A stretch of 62,917 bases of DNA, the filler included, from Globobulimina sp. (lineage: Eukaryota): assembly GCA_003354225.1 (NCBI GenBank). It is 20 parts of 20 records of this genome, joined end to end, with 100 filler letters (N's around TTAATTAATTAA, not from the genome) between each part and the next. Parts side by side here need not be neighbours in the genome. Positions count along the whole stretch, not along the records: positions 59,869 to 62,917 come from PIVH01003888.1; 19 more parts are not named here. The stretch is one strand, 5' to 3'. Positions 60,177 to 62,917 of the stretch are shown here, in pieces; the first letter of the stretch is position 1, and each line of letters begins with the position of its first letter. Both the position numbers and the translations under genes were made by a program. The notes beneath the pieces were generated by a model. That model saw only the letters and a list, made by a program, of their open reading frames with translations, was not told the origin of the DNA and did not search any database.

Positions 60177-61238
60177 ATGACATCAACAAGCGTAAATGAA
60201 CGAAATTCATCATCCATATCGAATGACAATGATGAGTCGGAATTTTGGATTAAATTAGTTCACGAAGATGATGCAGATTATGAAAAAAAAATGTCCTTTT
60301 TTATCGATGATGAAAGTAAAAAAAGAATAAAATTTTGTCAAATGTTGATTAAAGCATCAAATAAAAAGTTAACCATTGAATCTTCAAATATTGATAGCTC
60401 CAAATGTGTCAATGTCATTTGTTATGAATTGTTTATTCAATCCAACAAATGGGTCGACATATGCCATTATATAAATAATCCATCAATGAAAATAATGATT
60501 TACAAATCACAAACTCGAAAGTGGATAAAGCCGATAAAGTACAGTGATTTCAATAATTTTACGTTTTTTTTAGATATGATTGCTCGAAATAGGTTAATGA
60601 TTAAATACGTAATGAATAACTCAAAAATTTGGAAGCCTTTCTTAGTTTTTGTGGTGAAATTATTATCACACAATTTGCTGAAGAATGCATATGACATCGT
60701 ACTGCGTATAGTTACAATATGCAGCTATTGGGAAATGGAACATGTTGTATTTATTATCAAAAGTAATTTCGCTGAAGCTTTGGTTGCTTTAATGAAAACT
60801 ATGTTAACTACAAAATTCGAAAAAGATATTGAGGAAATCTCAACTGAGTTGATTTGTCACCTCACAGTCAAACTGACGGAATTTGTTTATGTTCACTGTC
60901 AAAAGAACATGGGGATTTGGAAGGAGTTCAGATTAAAAATAAATATATTGTTGCACAAAGCGACAAATAAAATACGAAATAACAATCGTTTGAAGAAGAG
61001 ATTATTCAAAGTTACTGCGAATAATTATAAAAAATTTTTAAGTAAACTTGAAAGTGAAAGAGGTCAAAAGATGTGTCGTACGAATTGTGTTAAAAATTGT
61101 GGTTTTTTCCACTGTAATAAAAAATGTGAGAAATTATACATTTGTAAAGGATGCAAGTTGATATATTATTGTTGCAGACAGCATCAAAAAAAAGATTGGA
61201 AGTTAATACATTCACAACAATGTTGGAAATTGCGATAA
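60177..61238 (+). CDS. C-terminal MYND zinc-finger protein
   Basis: CGFFHC...CKGCKLIYYCCRQHQKKDWKLIHSQQC. Confidence 0.75.
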   Translation: MTSTSVNERNSSSISNDNDESEFWIKLVHEDDADYEKKMSFFIDDESKKRIKFCQMLIKASNKKLTIESSNIDSSKCVNVICYELFIQSNKWVDICHYINNPSMKIMIYKSQTRKWIKPIKYSDFNNFTFFLDMIARNRLMIKYVMNNSKIWKPFLVFVVKLLSHNLLKNAYDIVLRIVTICSYWEMEHVVFIIKSNFAEALVALMKTMLTTKFEKDIEEISTELICHLTVKLTEFVYVHCQKNMGIWKEFRLKINILLHKATNKIRNNNRLKKRLFKVTANNYKKFLSKLESERGQKMCRTNCVKNCGFFHCNKKCEKLYICKGCKLIYYCCRQHQKKDWKLIHSQQCWKLR

Positions 61239-61353
61239 TGCGTTTAATTGCAACGAACGTTAAATGTGACATTACTTTTTGTTTAATTTTCTAGACAGAC
61301 CGCATCCAATCAAAAAAAAAAACTTCTGTTATTTGTATTAAAAACTTCTGTTT

Positions 61354-62188
61354 TTACTTTGCTTGATATCCTACAGTTCTGTTTCCATGGCCATTGGTTT
61401 TTGTATGTTGTCCACGTACTTTTAATCCCCAATGATGTCGTAAACCACGATGACGTCTGTTATTATAATATTATTATTTATAAATTTAGCAATATTGTAG
61501 GCCAAAACACATGCACTAATCACTAAAATATCAACATATTATTGTATCAGAAGAGTATGGTTTCATTTTCAAGCTGCAACAAAGACAAAACATCTCACAT
61601 AAAACACGTGAAATATGGCTCCATCCCGTTGTGTCAAAGTAACTATGACAAAGTTCAAATCTATTCATCACAGAATGCGACTGAGAGAGTCAGTGAATGT
61701 ACGCAATTATAAGGCAGACCTTGTTTTTTTCCATTTTTGTAAATCTTCCCTGAATTTAGCAGCCAATTGATGTGCGTGTAAATGTAAGGGTTTGCCCGTT
61801 TGCATATCTTTGCGGCGATTTAAAAACCAATCTGGGATGTTATACTGACGCGGATTCTGAATGATTGCCTTTACTTTTTCAATCTCGTCCTGCGTCATCT
61901 CGCCTGCTCTAAAGAGTTGTATTCATTATTTTCATTTAATTTAATTTGTATTTAGTTTTGCTGACTGATTTTATATATCAAAATAAAACAGAATTTTCCA
62001 TAAAAAGCAATAAAGGCATACCTTTTTCGAATGTCAATCTCTGCTTTACGGCAAATTAAAGTTGCAAATCTTTTACCAATTCCACGTATTTTTGTTAACG
62101 CGATGGGGGCAGGTTTGCCACCTTCAACATTGGTGTTTAGAATACGTAAAATGTGCTGATATTCTTCTTCTTTCACCACCAAACTCAT
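61354..62188 (-). CDS. RPS18: 40S ribosomal protein S18 (uS13), 3 exons
   Basis: [43 protein letters not shown]. Introns 61909-62021 and 61457-61719. Confidence 0.97.
61547..61671 (-). ncRNA. Intronic box C/D snoRNA, snR63/SNORD46-like
   Basis: Box C GUGAUGA (61671-61665); guide GUCAUAGUUACU (61649-61638) complementary to LSU AGUAACUAUGAC; D' UUGA (61637-61634); box D CUGA (61550-61547). Lies on the sense strand within RPS18 intron 2. Confidence 0.85.
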
Positions 62189-62368
62189 GGTTGCAATTAA
62201 TTAAACTATTAAACACTGGCTTACTTCGTGAAGCTATTAAAGACTGCCACTGTTTTTGGATGACTAGCTTACTTCGTGAAAATCTTAAAATCAGTGTCTT
62301 CAAACTTCTCTTCAAAACTTCAAGAAATCGATTTATAGATCATGTACTTTGCGATAATTTAAATGAAT

Positions 62369-62917
62369 TCAATTTCCTTTAAAATATTTGACAACGATAT
62401 GACACGAATAAAAGACAATTGGTACAATAATTAATTGCCAATAATATGTGGACACAAAGGATTTGCCATGAAATATCAATACAACTATCAATAAAAGCGA
62501 TTGCCAATGGGTTTGACGAAACAGTCGTTTGTTTGTTTTTGATAGAGACTCGTTGGAAGAAGCAACCACCGACGCCAACAACAACAACAATAACCAGCCA
62601 GTTGCAAAGGTTTCCCAGCCATAAATATCCAAAAATGTGTGCGTTGCTAAACTGTCCTCGTAGGTAAAATACACGCAAACCAAATGCAAAAAAGTGGCAC
62701 AAACAATGGAATATCCCATGCAGCGATGCAAAAAAGAAGCCACATCCACGCCAAAATCACCTCTATTCCTCGTCACCCCATGTTTGCTTTCCTTCTTTTT
62801 CCTAACTTTATTCACCGCAGCTTTGCTTTTTTGAATGCAAAATGAAAAACATTCGCGACACTGCAACAACAAAATCAAGCACAAATTGACGCTAATTATA
62901 CGCGCAAATCCCCACAT
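62369..62917 (-). CDS. Ferric reductase/NOX-like transmembrane domain protein, 5'-partial
   Basis: Paired heme histidines FLHRCMG......FLH and F..TH..........FHG, plus TG motif; stops just after the last TM. Confidence 0.7.
   Translation of the reverse strand: MWGFARIISVNLCLILLLQCRECFSFCIQKSKAAVNKVRKKKESKHGVTRNRGDFGVDVASFLHRCMGYSIVCATFLHLVCVYFTYEDSLATHTFLDIYGWETFATGWLLLLLLASVVASSNESLSKTNKRLFRQTHWQSLLLIVVLIFHGKSFVSTYYWQLIIVPIVFYSCHIVVKYFKGN

Overview
This window is not one locus. It is 20 unrelated contigs of 3049-3053 bp, sorted by decreasing length and joined by 19 artificial 100-nt spacers (N44-TTAATTAATTAA-N44), so nothing can be inferred across a spacer. The DNA is an AT-rich, gene-dense eukaryote using the standard code, with short GT-AG introns (mostly 52-130 nt). 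Recognisable genes include CRNKL1/crooked neck, RPS18, an epsin-like ENTH protein, RBBP5-like, DCAF8/6-like, PGAP1-like, OXSM/FabF and sphingomyelin-synthase-like. The SAM, MYND, TRAF/RING and 7TM families suggest a foraminiferan/rhizarian protist (inference). The most notable signals are: (1) a Penelope-like retroelement (RT plus C-terminal GIY-YIG, with an unusual ~300-aa tail) carrying a minimal hammerhead ribozyme with a covaried U3-A8 core downstream of its ORF; (2) a C/D snoRNA in RPS18 intron 2 whose D' guide predicts the conserved LSU helix-69 methylation (yeast Am2256), plus an orphan second guide; (3) a non-coding motif ATCCTTGCAC recurring five times on four contigs; (4) a gene-scale A/C-to-G/T skew switch; (5) divergent gene pairs only 25-112 bp apart; (6) a CUE-PUB-CAP domain fusion; (7) a bacterial glycoside hydrolase fragment joined to a eukaryotic gene, probably a chimera. 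All assignments are by eye, with no database searches.
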